Positions 8,937-19,729 of a DNA stretch of 64,000 nucleotides are shown here, in pieces (position 1 is the stretch's first letter; every line of letters starts with the position of its first letter). The stretch spans positions 1-64,000 of the IMG/VR virus record IMGVR_UViG_3300037067_020597, one strand, 5' to 3'. The translations under genes and the position numbers were made by a program. The notes beneath the pieces were generated by a model. The model was given only the letters and a program-made list of their open reading frames with translations, did no database searches and was not told the DNA's origin. Source of the stretch: a virus. Taxonomy: Duplodnaviria > Caudoviricetes.

Positions 8937-9947
8937 GTGAAGATATTCAAGGTAGAGTATTATTGTGAAAAATGTGGTGCGAAATGTTCTACTACCAATC
9001 ATAATCTACGATATAGAACGCATCATAAGGGCGAACATATATGTCAAAAATGTCTGATAAAACTTGAGAAGTCAAGGGGTCTTTTTGACGCCTTACCTAG
9101 TTGTTATCATTATCAGGTTTTTCTTGGTTGTGTAGAATACCAATTGGCAATACAATATTTGGTCGGGATATATTCGAAAATACTTATTAAATTTAACTGT
9201 CGACAATGTGGTTGCGAATGTATTATCAGATGGTCCAAAATGGCAGACAGAAAATATTATAAGTATGACAATGTATGTTCAAGCTGTCTAAATTATCTAA
9301 TACAAAATGATCCGGGTAAAATAGCCATAAATCAAGCAAATTCAAAGGCATTATGGTGTGATGCTAGTTATAGGCGCAAGTGTTTGAAAGCATTTGAGTT
9401 GCATAATAAGAATATGCAACTCAATACAGCATACGCGCATAAGCATCGCAGAAGGAGTAGATCGGTCGAGGGTTTTATCGAAATCAATGGGCAGTCGATA
9501 AGATTTGATAGCGCTTTTGAGTTGATATTTTTATGGCAAGTGAGGAATAAATACCAGAAGATCCGTAGATGCAATTTCGCTATTGCATATAGTAGTCATT
9601 TTTATCATCCTGATTTCTTGGTTATCGGGCCTGATGGATATAAGTCGATCATAGAGATAAAGGGATTCTATAAAAGTAACATATCTGAGAAACAAGAGGC
9701 AGCAGAAAAGTATATAGCTGAGACAGGAATCGCAGATTCTTATATTTTGTACGATACTGAATTGTTGTTATCTGAGGGTATTTTACGGGGCGTTGGTGGT
9801 GCTCACATGTGGAAACAGATCAGAGAGATCAATAATGAAACAACTGTTACCTTCACAAGTGAAGAACATAAGCGAATTGCAGAAATTGGTCGATCAAGGT
9901 TCCGTAGAGAGACTAAAAACAAAAAAGATATCAAAACGACAATATAG
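8937..9947 (+). mobile_element. Free-standing PD-(D/E)xK (TnsA-like) homing endonuclease with Zn-finger repeats
   Basis: CxxC repeats followed by FDSAFE...YHPDFLV...IIEIKG. GTG start at 8937, just after the IntN stop; sits between the two intein halves. Confidence 0.75.
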
Positions 9948-10152
9948 CGGTAAAGTGTATGATTTACAGGTAAGCAATACTAATTCATATAGATTGAACG
10001 GTATCTTTAGTTCTAATTCTGCAGCCGGATCGCTTGTATGTTACTTGCTCGGCATTCACAATGTTAATTCATTGGCCTGGGAATTGTCTTTTGATCGCTT
10101 TTTGGCTAGCTCTCGTGGTGGGTATTTATTGAAGGTCAAGGTTGAAGGTTAA
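9835..10152 (+). CDS. dnaE: Split intein C-fragment plus a 44-aa DnaE extein
   Basis: KVYDLQV...NGIFSSN|SAAGSLVCYLLGI...LSFDRFL. The start is uncertain (ATG 9835 or TTG 9793) and overlaps the end of the endonuclease. Confidence 0.85.
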   Translation: MKQLLPSQVKNISELQKLVDQGSVERLKTKKISKRQYSGKVYDLQVSNTNSYRLNGIFSSNSAAGSLVCYLLGIHNVNSLAWELSFDRFLASSRGGYLLKVKVEG

Positions 10153-10599
10153 ATGACAGACATATATACACACGCACTAAGGTCGCTGCATGCAGCAATG
10201 ACCGATCACTTGCTCCTCATTGGTGAGCCATGTCCATTGCTTGGTCGGCTTAATATGCGACTTATCGAATTGGTTGGTTGTCTGCCTCCTGGTAATTCCG
10301 ACCATGCTAACAGCATATATAGGCTAGCTGCGATAACGCTTGAAGCGACAATACTCAGCGTGATAGATAGGCTGAAAGGATTCACGGATGAGCACAATAG
10401 TTTAGAATTGCGAACGAAGGCTATTGCTAGTATACAAAGTGCTACAGATTGCATTAAAGTGACGGAACCAATCACTGTTCCAGAACGCTGTACTGCATTT
10501 TTTAATATTCTTGGAGTTGTGATGACGCAACTAAAGGATATTACAGGGACGGAGTATCCTCGACTTACTGATGGTGAAGGTAAAGTAATCGGGAACTGA
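10153..10599 (+). CDS. Hypothetical protein
   Basis: 148 aa ORF in operon context. Confidence 0.6.
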   Translation: MTDIYTHALRSLHAAMTDHLLLIGEPCPLLGRLNMRLIELVGCLPPGNSDHANSIYRLAAITLEATILSVIDRLKGFTDEHNSLELRTKAIASIQSATDCIKVTEPITVPERCTAFFNILGVVMTQLKDITGTEYPRLTDGEGKVIGN

Positions 10600-10601
10600 C
10601 A

Positions 10602-11090
10602 ATGATTACAATATATGCATGTGGTTATACTATTGATAATGGGAAGCCCACGCAGCGTGGTGCTTGCGCTGCCAGTTTGGAGCATTACGATTCCAGCAAT
10701 CGTAAGGCAGTTCGAGTTGTTAGTGAGCCAGTCGGTAATAGCACAGGGCCGCAATGCGATATCAAGGGGGCAATACTTGGGTTGATGAGCATCAATGCGA
10801 GTCCAGTATTGCAATTTAGAAAAGCGCCTGTAAATCTCTATGCATCTAAGTATGTTGCACAACTTTTAGAGTGTGGAGATGACGGCCGATTCAAAGCAAC
10901 ACCAAAGAAAAATGCAGAGTTGGTTCGTCGTTTACGAGAAAAGGTGAGCTTGTTTGAGAATCTAACGGTATATGTTGGTACGAAAGAACAACTCCAGCAA
11001 CCTTTGGATATATCAAAGACAGCTGTTAATTCTGGTCTTCATAGCGATACTGGTACTTTGGTTTTGCACACAGATACTCTGGTTGTATAA
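10602..11090 (+). CDS. RNase HI-fold protein, catalytic residues degenerate
   Basis: ITIYACG...RGACAASL...STGPQCDIKGAILGL...NLYASKYV follows the RNase HI motif order. Confidence 0.55.
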   Translation: MITIYACGYTIDNGKPTQRGACAASLEHYDSSNRKAVRVVSEPVGNSTGPQCDIKGAILGLMSINASPVLQFRKAPVNLYASKYVAQLLECGDDGRFKATPKKNAELVRRLREKVSLFENLTVYVGTKEQLQQPLDISKTAVNSGLHSDTGTLVLHTDTLVV

Positions 11091-13895
11091 ATGGGAAAGT
11101 ACGATTTCAAGACTATTGTAGAGGCTGCATATAAAAAGCTTGAAAAGCTTCAGAAGTCAGAAATATATCGCAAGCGGCTGGATTTTGAAATAAATCAAAT
11201 AATGCAGCAAGGAGCGGAACGATATTACGAAGATATAATTGAAGGAAATCGTAAATTTGATAAGAATCCAAACCAGTTGCTATTGCCGTGGCTTTTGAGT
11301 CGATTTACAGGCGATGCTAATATAGATCCCATTGCAAATAGAGAAGGGCCGTTGGTACTAAGTGCTAAGTATGATGATATACAAGAAATTATTAGGAAAA
11401 CCGGAAAATTGCCTTCTGATATAAGGCAAGATGATGATAAGCCTGATATTGATATCGATTGTTTGCCAGAAGCCAGAGATCAAATAAAAGGGTATCTGGC
11501 AAAGCGGTATGGTACTCACAATGTTGCGAGTGTTGGCACATGGCAAGCCTATCTCTTTAAACAAGCCATTGCTGATGCTTATTCTGCTCTTGGGTTTGAA
11601 GATGCCGATCGTAGCGCCGGTGCTAAAGTTCGATCGATTGAACTGACAAAGATGCTGCCTGATGACGTCAATGAAATGCGTGAAGGTGGTTTCGGATCAT
11701 GTAAGGGTCGTATAAGAGATGATAATGGTCCTGAGAGAGAATGTGGATTTAGACATAAGGAGTTACAATGCCCTCAATGTGGCAGTACTGATACTGATAC
11801 GCCCACCATTGCGATGATCATGCGTGATTATCCAGAGATTGGCCAGTTTATTGAAGAAGATAAAGAAAATCGTCAAGAAGTTATTGATATTGCTATCCGT
11901 TTGGTTGGCCGCATTAAACATGCCGGAAAGCATGCAGGTGGTGTTATAATTGCTGATCGTGATTTATTTGGTAATGTACCGATGCAATATGATAGCAAGA
12001 GCGGGCAATGGGTTAGCATTTGGACAGAAGGCCGTAATACACAGCTATCGAAGTTTGGATACATTAAATGGGATGTTCTAGGACTTAAAAACTTGTCATA
12101 TATCAAAACAGCGTGTGAGATGATTCGAGAAAATCATGGTATCACATTTGGTGATCGATTGGAGGGATGGGAAGAGTCAAGTCCTATTGACGATATTGCT
12201 GGCTATTATTGGAAAGATGGTGAAAAGATTCCAATTTCATTAAATGATCCGGCAGCACTTAAATTAGCGAATGATTCATTAACCGACAGTATTTTTCAGT
12301 TTGACACTGAACTTGCTAAACGAACATTATCATCTGGGGTTCGTACTTTTCGCGACTTGTTGATTTTTAATGCTATGGGACATCCAGGCCCCATGCAAAG
12401 TATACCTGATTACGTCAAGAACCGTGACGATCCGTCTAATAGTTGGGCTAAAGGCGAGCATAAAGATATCGTTGAAATCTTGAAGCCAACTAGTGGAGTC
12501 ATTGTGTTTCAAGAACAGCTAACTTCGATTTGGCAGCGTATCGCTGGATTTACAGGTCCGGAATCTCAGGACGCTAGGAAAGCTGTTGCGAAGAAATGGA
12601 AAGAAAAGCTGAAGCCAGTTAGAGAACATTGGCTAGCCGGTGCAGGTAAGAAAATCGGCGAATCGAAAGCGGCGGCTTATTGGGACAAAATGGAGACATT
12701 TGGTCGCTATGCTTTTAATGCCAGCCATGCTATTTGCTATTGTTTGTGGGCATATCGTTGTTTATGGCTAAAGGCTCACTATCCAGAAGAATGGTGGGCG
12801 AGCGTAATGGGCTTATGTGATCAAAAAGCTCTTGAAAGATATATGTCTGCTGCTCGTAGTGAAGGGGTTGAATTCGGTGAGATTAATACAACGAAGCTCA
12901 CATTGCGACCGACTGCTCATTCAGGTCAAGACGCCGAACACAAGCACATAGCACTTGGTTTGACAAGCTTGAAAAAGATTGGGGACAAAGCGGCTGAGGC
13001 TTTTGTTGATTCGGTTAGCGGAAATACTTATACTGATATCGATAATTTTATAACTAAAAAGGGTAAAAGCAAAATACTTTTCGAGCGTCTAATAAAGTTA
13101 GGTGCATTTTCTAAGATACACCCCAATAAGCGTGCAACATGGATGTGGTATCTGCATGAATATGGCACAGGAAATGTAGAGGAATTTGAATTTGATGGCG
13201 TTGATGAAGAAGCTAGAGCAGAAGTAGCTGCATCCAAGGCTGCACAGCTGGTTAAAAAATCAAAGTTGAAAGAATTTAGCCATCCGATCAAGATTCTAAA
13301 AGCCTATCATCTTCGCCGGTTATTTGCAGAATCTAAATGGACGGAAGAGACTATTCAGGATGAGCGAAATCGCCAAGAAGCTGAGTATAGGCGATTGTAC
13401 CCAAAAAGGAAGAAAATACCAGCTAAAATAACGAATTGGAAACCAGAAATCAAAGTCACTCGTGAAGCTATAATGGCTATATATCCGGAAGACTATGGCT
13501 TTGATCAATTATTAAGATTTGAAAAAGAATTCTTAGGATATCATTGGCATTCACCGATAGATCTATATCGTGTCAGCGGAGATCATACAGTCGACAAAGC
13601 CAAAGTCAATGACTGTGTGGAGGGTGTAATAGTAGAAGTCACTCAAGCTAAAACGAAGCGTAATTCTGACTTCCTGCGCATCACTGTTTCTGACGGGCGT
13701 AAGAGATGTCTTGTGTTGGTTTGGGAACAGGATATGAAGAATCAGGCTAAGAAATATCTGCAACCTGATAAAGGAGTTAGAATCAGGGTTGATTATGATA
13801 AGGATCGCGGTAGCTTCACTTTAAAAAGAGGAACAGTCATTGAACCTCTTTGGTCTAAGGCAGCATGGCAGAAATTACAGGCTGATGCTGAGTAA
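11091..13895 (+). CDS. dnaE: DNA polymerase III alpha, C-terminal piece (palm, fingers, OB fold)
   Basis: PDIDID, GKHAGGVII, KWDVLGLKNL, VFQEQ, YAFNASH, EKEFLGY and a C-terminal OB-like region. Confidence 0.93.
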   Translation: MGKYDFKTIVEAAYKKLEKLQKSEIYRKRLDFEINQIMQQGAERYYEDIIEGNRKFDKNPNQLLLPWLLSRFTGDANIDPIANREGPLVLSAKYDDIQEIIRKTGKLPSDIRQDDDKPDIDIDCLPEARDQIKGYLAKRYGTHNVASVGTWQAYLFKQAIADAYSALGFEDADRSAGAKVRSIELTKMLPDDVNEMREGGFGSCKGRIRDDNGPERECGFRHKELQCPQCGSTDTDTPTIAMIMRDYPEIGQFIEEDKENRQEVIDIAIRLVGRIKHAGKHAGGVIIADRDLFGNVPMQYDSKSGQWVSIWTEGRNTQLSKFGYIKWDVLGLKNLSYIKTACEMIRENHGITFGDRLEGWEESSPIDDIAGYYWKDGEKIPISLNDPAALKLANDSLTDSIFQFDTELAKRTLSSGVRTFRDLLIFNAMGHPGPMQSIPDYVKNRDDPSNSWAKGEHKDIVEILKPTSGVIVFQEQLTSIWQRIAGFTGPESQDARKAVAKKWKEKLKPVREHWLAGAGKKIGESKAAAYWDKMETFGRYAFNASHAICYCLWAYRCLWLKAHYPEEWWASVMGLCDQKALERYMSAARSEGVEFGEINTTKLTLRPTAHSGQDAEHKHIALGLTSLKKIGDKAAEAFVDSVSGNTYTDIDNFITKKGKSKILFERLIKLGAFSKIHPNKRATWMWYLHEYGTGNVEEFEFDGVDEEARAEVAASKAAQLVKKSKLKEFSHPIKILKAYHLRRLFAESKWTEETIQDERNRQEAEYRRLYPKRKKIPAKITNWKPEIKVTREAIMAIYPEDYGFDQLLRFEKEFLGYHWHSPIDLYRVSGDHTVDKAKVNDCVEGVIVEVTQAKTKRNSDFLRITVSDGRKRCLVLVWEQDMKNQAKKYLQPDKGVRIRVDYDKDRGSFTLKRGTVIEPLWSKAAWQKLQADAE

Positions 13896-14005
13896 TAAGC
13901 TGCATTCTAATGTTTAGCCGAAGATGTACTATTCGGCATTCTGCGTAACCAAACATAATAGGGATGATGGTGTGTTCCTATCTGAACCAAGGCAGCTGAC
14001 AGGCT

Positions 14006-15625
14006 ATGAAATTTAAAGAATTCCGAACAATCCAACTTACCTCTCCCCCAATACCTGGTGATAATCCGCCAGAGAATACGGTTTATCTATGGTTCCAGGA
14101 GATCGGCGACAATACACAAATATTGAACTATCGGTATTCGGATGGTTCTGAAAGAAATGTGGTTGGAGGTGGGAATCCAGGTGCTACTGGTGCTACTGGT
14201 ATTAGAGGATATACTGGAGCCACAGGTTCGAGCGTTCAAGGTGCTTCCGGTGCAACTGGGCCTGGTGGAGGAGATACTGGTGCAACTGGTTCAACTGGCC
14301 CAGCAGGCGCAACCGGACTCGGCTTAACGGGCGCAACAGGCCCACGTGGTGCTTCTGGGGCCACGGGACCATTGGGAGGCCCTATTGGTGCGTCTGGGGC
14401 TACGGGTTCCGTTGGTCCTCCTGGTGCAACCGGACCAAGCGGAGGGCCTACGGGGGCCACAGGAGCGACAGGTGTTGCCGGCGCGACCGGTCTGGCAGGA
14501 GTAATTGGTGCTTCCGGCTCTCAAGGGGCAACTGGAGTAGGCTTAATTGGAGCTACTGGACATACAGGATCTACTGGTCCTACTGGTTCTAGTGCCACTG
14601 CCGGTGAAAACGTAGTCATCAACGGTGGCTTCGACATTTTTCAACGCAATACCAATACTAGCAATACTTGGTATGTTGCTCCCGACGACACTTATTGTTT
14701 TGACAGGTGGATTTCACTTAGTCAATCAAGTTCAGTTTCGTCTATGCGGTACAACACTACTACAGGGTCTTCGTCTAATCCTGGACCATTTGTTGGCCGT
14801 ATAACAAACAGCAGCGCCGCTACTCAGAGATATGGTCTACTCCAAATCGTAGAAGGTTTTAATTCATTTCCACTTCGTGGCCAGACAGTCATATTGCAAG
14901 CTAAGATTGCCAGTAGCACCAGTTACACAGTTAGATATGCTGTTTTGGAATGGACCGGTGTTTCAGATACTGTGACTAGCGATGTGGTTAAGGATTGGAC
15001 TAGCTCGACTTATACTCCTAACAATTTCTTTTTGAGTAGCAATTTAGCTGTGTCTGCTATCGGCTCTACTTCTGTATCAGCTACTCCAACGACAATTGCG
15101 CTAAGTGCTTCTGTCAGTAGCACTTGCAATAATTTAATCATATTCTTTTGGACTGAATCGGCAGTGGCACAAAATGTGGAACTCATCATATCTGATGTTG
15201 ATTGTCATATCGGCAGCGCTCGTACGAGAAGCCCGCGACCAGTAGCAGAAGAATTGATTCTGTGCCAACGATATTTTGAAAAGAGTTATCATTTAGATGT
15301 TAAACCTGGAACGTCTACAAAAGATGGTATGGAGCAGGGGTGGGTTATTCCGACTAGCTTTGGATGGATGAAAACACCAGGAGTAACGCACTATTTGGTT
15401 TCGAAGCGCATTGCTGCAACACCAATTCTCTATTCGCCTCAGACCGGGGCAATAGGCCGTGTTGGTGAATACAATGCTGGTTCAACTTGGCTTGTAGACC
15501 GTGAAGCTGTTGCTGTATATGTTGGCAATAATTCTTATGCTATACAAAAACCAAACCCTGAAGCTGCTTTATGGGGTAATGATAATTATATCTGGCACCA
15601 ATGGGCAGTCGACGCAGAACTGTAA
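14006..15625 (+). CDS. Collagen-like fibre protein A
   Basis: About 45 Gly-X-Y triplets (GAT/GPS/GAS), then [10 protein letters not shown]...FDRW...CQRYFEKSY...WAVDAEL. Confidence 0.8.
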   Translation: MKFKEFRTIQLTSPPIPGDNPPENTVYLWFQEIGDNTQILNYRYSDGSERNVVGGGNPGATGATGIRGYTGATGSSVQGASGATGPGGGDTGATGSTGPAGATGLGLTGATGPRGASGATGPLGGPIGASGATGSVGPPGATGPSGGPTGATGATGVAGATGLAGVIGASGSQGATGVGLIGATGHTGSTGPTGSSATAGENVVINGGFDIFQRNTNTSNTWYVAPDDTYCFDRWISLSQSSSVSSMRYNTTTGSSSNPGPFVGRITNSSAATQRYGLLQIVEGFNSFPLRGQTVILQAKIASSTSYTVRYAVLEWTGVSDTVTSDVVKDWTSSTYTPNNFFLSSNLAVSAIGSTSVSATPTTIALSASVSSTCNNLIIFFWTESAVAQNVELIISDVDCHIGSARTRSPRPVAEELILCQRYFEKSYHLDVKPGTSTKDGMEQGWVIPTSFGWMKTPGVTHYLVSKRIAATPILYSPQTGAIGRVGEYNAGSTWLVDREAVAVYVGNNSYAIQKPNPEAALWGNDNYIWHQWAVDAEL

Positions 15626-15634
15626 AGGGTTATT

Positions 15635-17185
15635 ATGAAATTTAAAGAATTTCGGACAATTCAGCTTACGTCTCCGCCCGTTTTTGGTGACAATCCACCA
15701 GAAAATACGATCTATCAGTGGTTTACTGATGAACCGAATAACACGGTGATGGTTACATGTCGTTATTCTGACGGCTCAGAGAAGACAATTTCTGGCGGTT
15801 CTGGTCATATTGGTGCAACAGGTGCGACTGGTCCTATCGGAGCTACTGGCCCCAGCGGTGGTCCCGTGGGCGCGACAGGTGCAACTGGGTTAACTGGTGC
15901 GACTGGTCCTTCTGGCGGGCCGGTTGGTGCGACCGGTGCTACAGGTATTGGGTTAACTGGTGCTACTGGTCCTTCTGGCGGTCCAACAGGTGCGACAGGC
16001 ACACCAGGTGCCACTGGTATAAGGGGTGCTTCCGGTGCTGCTGGCACTAATGGGGCTTCTGGTCCTCGTGGTGCTTCTGGTGCTTCCGGGGCTACTGGTA
16101 TCATCGGTGCTTCTGGAATGAGCATTACTGGCCCGACCGGTGCAACCGGAGTAAGTGGAGCTTCAGTAGGATATAATGTTATTATTAATGGTGCATTTGA
16201 ATTTTTTCAACGCAATAACAATTCCACATCAACCAATTACTCGACCTCGGATGATACATATTGTTTTGATCGATGGATTGGCCTTACACAAACAGCTGCA
16301 GTCAACTGTCAGAGACGGAACGCAACAACCGGTACATCTGCTCGCCCCGGCCCATTCTATGGATGGATGGTTCAACCTAACGCAACGGCTCAACGAATGG
16401 GTTTATTGCAGATAGTGGAAGGATGTAACACATATCATTTACGTGGGCAATCGGTAACATTACAAGCGAAAATTTTAAGCACTCCTAATGCAGCGAATAT
16501 TCGCTATGCTATATTGGAATGGACCGGGGTAGCCGATACGGTTATAAGCGATGTTGTAAGAGATTGGACAAGCACATCTTACACTCCAAACAACTTCTTT
16601 TTGAGCAGTGGTGTAGTTGTTTCTGGGACAGGAGCTGTGGCAGTCCCCGCTTCTGGTACACAAGAGATAACATTAACAGCTACTGTAAGTGCAGCTTGTA
16701 GTAATTTGATGATTTTCTTTTGGACTGAATCGCCAGCTGCACAAAATGCAGCTATCGGTTTAACTAATGTCGATTGTCATGCAGGGGGCTACACTCGTGT
16801 TTTCAGCCCAAGACCAATAGCAGAAGAGTTAATGTTATGCCAGCGATATTATGAGAAGAGCTATGACGTAGACATAAAACCAGGAACAGTGCAAATACGA
16901 GATGGTGCACATGGTTCATTACCAGAAAGCTTATGGTGGTTGTATAATTTCTGCGTCCATTATGCCACCACTAAACGCCTGCCGGTTGCGCCAACGTTAT
17001 ATGCACCCTACACAGGTACAGCAGGCCGAGCAAGTCTTTATAGTATTGTTCAAGCTTATTATAAAGATGCCGTTATAGCGGTCATTGAGAACAACACAAC
17101 TGGGTATTCTATAGCGTCGGCTGGCGGGTATTTTGAAGCAAGTTATGTTGCGTGGCATCACTTTGTGACAGAATGTGAATTATAA
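15635..17185 (+). CDS. Collagen-like fibre protein B (paralogue of A)
   Basis: Same N-terminus ([15 protein letters not shown]), Gly-X-Y tract, and [10 protein letters not shown]...CQRYYEKSY...ECEL. Confidence 0.8.
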   Translation: MKFKEFRTIQLTSPPVFGDNPPENTIYQWFTDEPNNTVMVTCRYSDGSEKTISGGSGHIGATGATGPIGATGPSGGPVGATGATGLTGATGPSGGPVGATGATGIGLTGATGPSGGPTGATGTPGATGIRGASGAAGTNGASGPRGASGASGATGIIGASGMSITGPTGATGVSGASVGYNVIINGAFEFFQRNNNSTSTNYSTSDDTYCFDRWIGLTQTAAVNCQRRNATTGTSARPGPFYGWMVQPNATAQRMGLLQIVEGCNTYHLRGQSVTLQAKILSTPNAANIRYAILEWTGVADTVISDVVRDWTSTSYTPNNFFLSSGVVVSGTGAVAVPASGTQEITLTATVSAACSNLMIFFWTESPAAQNAAIGLTNVDCHAGGYTRVFSPRPIAEELMLCQRYYEKSYDVDIKPGTVQIRDGAHGSLPESLWWLYNFCVHYATTKRLPVAPTLYAPYTGTAGRASLYSIVQAYYKDAVIAVIENNTTGYSIASAGGYFEASYVAWHHFVTECEL

Positions 17186-18091
17186 TACTGCTTTATAACG
17201 CATTAGCTTTACTAGACAGCTGCCGAGATCCATAAAGTAATCGTGCTCTGCCATAGCGCCTATACATTCAATACCAAGCTTATTGAATGGAGCAAGGTTT
17301 GGTTTTTGTCCAATTGGTATTGCTTCTGTGATTGTGGTCCCGTCTACTAAATCGAATTGTTGCATAAACTGCATGAAATATGGCCCTGGTATTGGTATAT
17401 CATGTAGCAAATAGAACAGATATCTATTCTTGGCTATATTACTGACTTTAAAGAAATCAATGAGATTATCCAACACCAATACTTGATTAGCTCCTTCGAA
17501 GTTTAGCTCGTTCGTTTCAATATGATAATACCATATCTGTTTTGTTGGCAGTTTTATTCGTGGCGTATTAGTCAACTCGAATAGTTTGGATAGTTGTATC
17601 GTGCTAATCATATGATCAAAATCTATGCGTTGCCCTCCCCATATCAAATAATGATCGCCAATTTCCGATATCGATCCTCTTTTGCTATCATTAATTAATT
17701 TTTGGACATACTTCTGTTGCAGCTGGTTATATAATCGGTTGGCTTTGACACTGTAAATGAAATGATCGCCTCTTGATTTTATGCATGGCAAAGCTTGCGA
17801 TGGGACATCATCGCCAAAGAGCTTATTCAACCAAGCATTTATAATGGTGTCATCTGGTGATAACAAACCACCATTCAAAGAATAAAGTGTTTTATAAATA
17901 AACGATATTTTGCCACCAAGATGCGTTACTACATCGTCAATTCTGTCGTCTCTGATTATAAAATTGTCGGCTAAAGCCGGTCTAAAGCTATAAAACCGTG
18001 AGCGTGAAAACGGCACAACGAGCCATTGTTCACCCAGTATCTCTCTGGCTAGCAGACCGACTATCCCACTACCGAGAATTACTCCTTGCAT
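17180..18091 (-). CDS. Dinucleotide-binding (FAD/NAD) oxidoreductase-like protein
   Basis: N-terminal VILGSGIVG (GxGxxG), DHMISTI, and C-terminal IGAMAEHDY. Confidence 0.5.
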   Translation of the reverse strand: MQGVILGSGIVGLLAREILGEQWLVVPFSRSRFYSFRPALADNFIIRDDRIDDVVTHLGGKISFIYKTLYSLNGGLLSPDDTIINAWLNKLFGDDVPSQALPCIKSRGDHFIYSVKANRLYNQLQQKYVQKLINDSKRGSISEIGDHYLIWGGQRIDFDHMISTIQLSKLFELTNTPRIKLPTKQIWYYHIETNELNFEGANQVLVLDNLIDFFKVSNIAKNRYLFYLLHDIPIPGPYFMQFMQQFDLVDGTTITEAIPIGQKPNLAPFNKLGIECIGAMAEHDYFMDLGSCLVKLMRYKAVL

Positions 18092-18525
18092 GTTGCTCTC
18101 GATATCTTTTGTGCAACAGTGAGAGAATCACTGTCTGGAACATCGTCAATTGGAGTCACTAATTCATCCAATTCCCAACGAGCAAGCTGTTTGCTATCGA
18201 AAGGATTAACGAAAGGATCTGTGAATTTAGGCAACGGCGTAGGCGGTATTGGTTTTCCAGCTCTGCACTCTGGGCATGAAACAAATTTGTGTCCATTTTT
18301 CTCGACAATATCACGCGCGTCAATATAAAACCCGGCGCAGCAAAAAGGACACATAGCAGAAAATTTGGATGCTATATCTAAAACAAATTCGAAGGGTCGG
18401 CCTTGTGTGACTGATTCCTGGTTTGGAGAATCTGATGGCAGATCTACAAAGAAAGTAACTAAATCGAATTGTGTCGGACTATCATCTTGTTGTAATACTA
18501 TCCTGTTGGAGTCGTCGCTGACCAT
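18079..18525 (-). CDS. Zn-ribbon hypothetical protein
   Basis: CPFC...CPEC. Confidence 0.55.
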   Translation of the reverse strand: MVSDDSNRIVLQQDDSPTQFDLVTFFVDLPSDSPNQESVTQGRPFEFVLDIASKFSAMCPFCCAGFYIDARDIVEKNGHKFVSCPECRAGKPIPPTPLPKFTDPFVNPFDSKQLARWELDELVTPIDDVPDSDSLTVAQKISRATCKE

Positions 18526-18974
18526 TGCTTGTTTTCCTTATTACTCTGAATTTTTAGGGCACGATCTTTTAACTCTGTGAAAGCGCTTGCGCCAACCCAT
18601 AATTCTAAATACTTGTCATCTTTTACAACCACGGATGGTGTAATGCTGACATTAACGGCTACAATAGATATGCATATATGATAACAAATGAAATTTCCAT
18701 TCATGTGTTGCCCGCTTAGATCGCAGAATATACCACTAGGGCATGATCGATTATCAATTATTCTGTAAGGCTTGTAATTTTTAATGATAGCATCTTTAAT
18801 TTCGTCCATACATCGCTGACATATATCAAATGAATGTATAATGGGCGTGGAAATGGTCATAGAATTATTAACAACAGACACCTCTTTAGCATCGAGAGAA
18901 TAATATGTGAATTCATTCGACACGCTTATACCGCATCTGTCACAGACGATTCCACGTTTATCTGAACTTAGCAT
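18498..18974 (-). CDS. Zn-binding hypothetical protein
   Basis: CDRC...CQRC...CDLSG. Confidence 0.55.
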   Translation of the reverse strand: MLSSDKRGIVCDRCGISVSNEFTYYSLDAKEVSVVNNSMTISTPIIHSFDICQRCMDEIKDAIIKNYKPYRIIDNRSCPSGIFCDLSGQHMNGNFICYHICISIVAVNVSITPSVVVKDDKYLELWVGASAFTELKDRALKIQSNKENKQWSATTPTG

Positions 18975-19012
18975 AATATCATCCTCGAAATTGTTGTTAG
19001 TATTATATACCT

Positions 19013-19729
19013 ATGGATCTTCAAACATTTGACTGGAAATCAGGATCGAATCGACCATTTATCCCACGAGAGATAATTACTAATTGGGACGTAGGTGCTA
19101 TGGGAATTCAAGAAATGCAGAATGAGCGTAAATTAAGAATGTTGAGACAACTTAATAATACTTGCTTAGCCTGTACAATGTGTGAGCTTGGAAGAAAGGA
19201 TGCAGAGAAAAATGGTACCTGCCGAGATCCACATGTATTATCTAATATGAATCCAAGCAACATCTTTGTATGCGGTCAAGGGCCGGGATGGGATGAGCTT
19301 AAAGAAGGAGCACCATTTGTAGGAGCTTCCGGCAAGAATTTTGACAAGGAGCTGACTAAACACAGTATAGATAGATCGCAGTTCTACATAACCAATACAG
19401 TTAGATGCTTCGTTACTGGCAACGCAAGGCCACCACAATTGTGCGTGGACAGATGTAAGCCCTTTCTCATGATGGAAATAGGGCTAATGCATCCGAAGTT
19501 AGTGGTTACTTTAGGTTCTATTGCTTTTGAAGCTTTATGTCCTGGAGTAGGATATCAGCAATCACTCGGAAAAATCATAAAAAGTGAAGAATTTGATGTG
19601 AAAGTGTTCGCTGTCTATCACCCGTCCCCACTTAATTTGGCAGATAAGGGAAGACGATCCGAATTTGAACACCAAATTGCGGTTTTGGCGGGAATAGTGA
19701 AAAAGCTATCTAAAACTACTCCTGAGTAG
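19013..19729 (+). CDS. Uracil-DNA glycosylase family 4 (4Fe-4S)
   Basis: CLACTMCELG, GQGPG.DE...PFVGASG, YITNTVRC..N.RP, YHPSP. Confidence 0.88.
   Translation: MDLQTFDWKSGSNRPFIPREIITNWDVGAMGIQEMQNERKLRMLRQLNNTCLACTMCELGRKDAEKNGTCRDPHVLSNMNPSNIFVCGQGPGWDELKEGAPFVGASGKNFDKELTKHSIDRSQFYITNTVRCFVTGNARPPQLCVDRCKPFLMMEIGLMHPKLVVTLGSIAFEALCPGVGYQQSLGKIIKSEEFDVKVFAVYHPSPLNLADKGRRSEFEHQIAVLAGIVKKLSKTTPE

Noticed and set aside
13900-14005. Riboswitch-like leader before fibre A (GATGGTGT resembles the fluoride riboswitch)
   Set aside because: Two small hairpins exist, but the 3' ACACC pseudoknot partner is missing.
14236-16125. Minus-strand Pro/Val/Ala-repeat ORFs (14236..14460 and 15805..16125)
   Set aside because: They are antisense shadows of the Gly-X-Y collagen codons.
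15290-17185. Diversity-generating retroelement acting on the fibre tips
   Set aside because: The tips are not near-identical with adenine-only differences, and there is no reverse transcriptase in the window.
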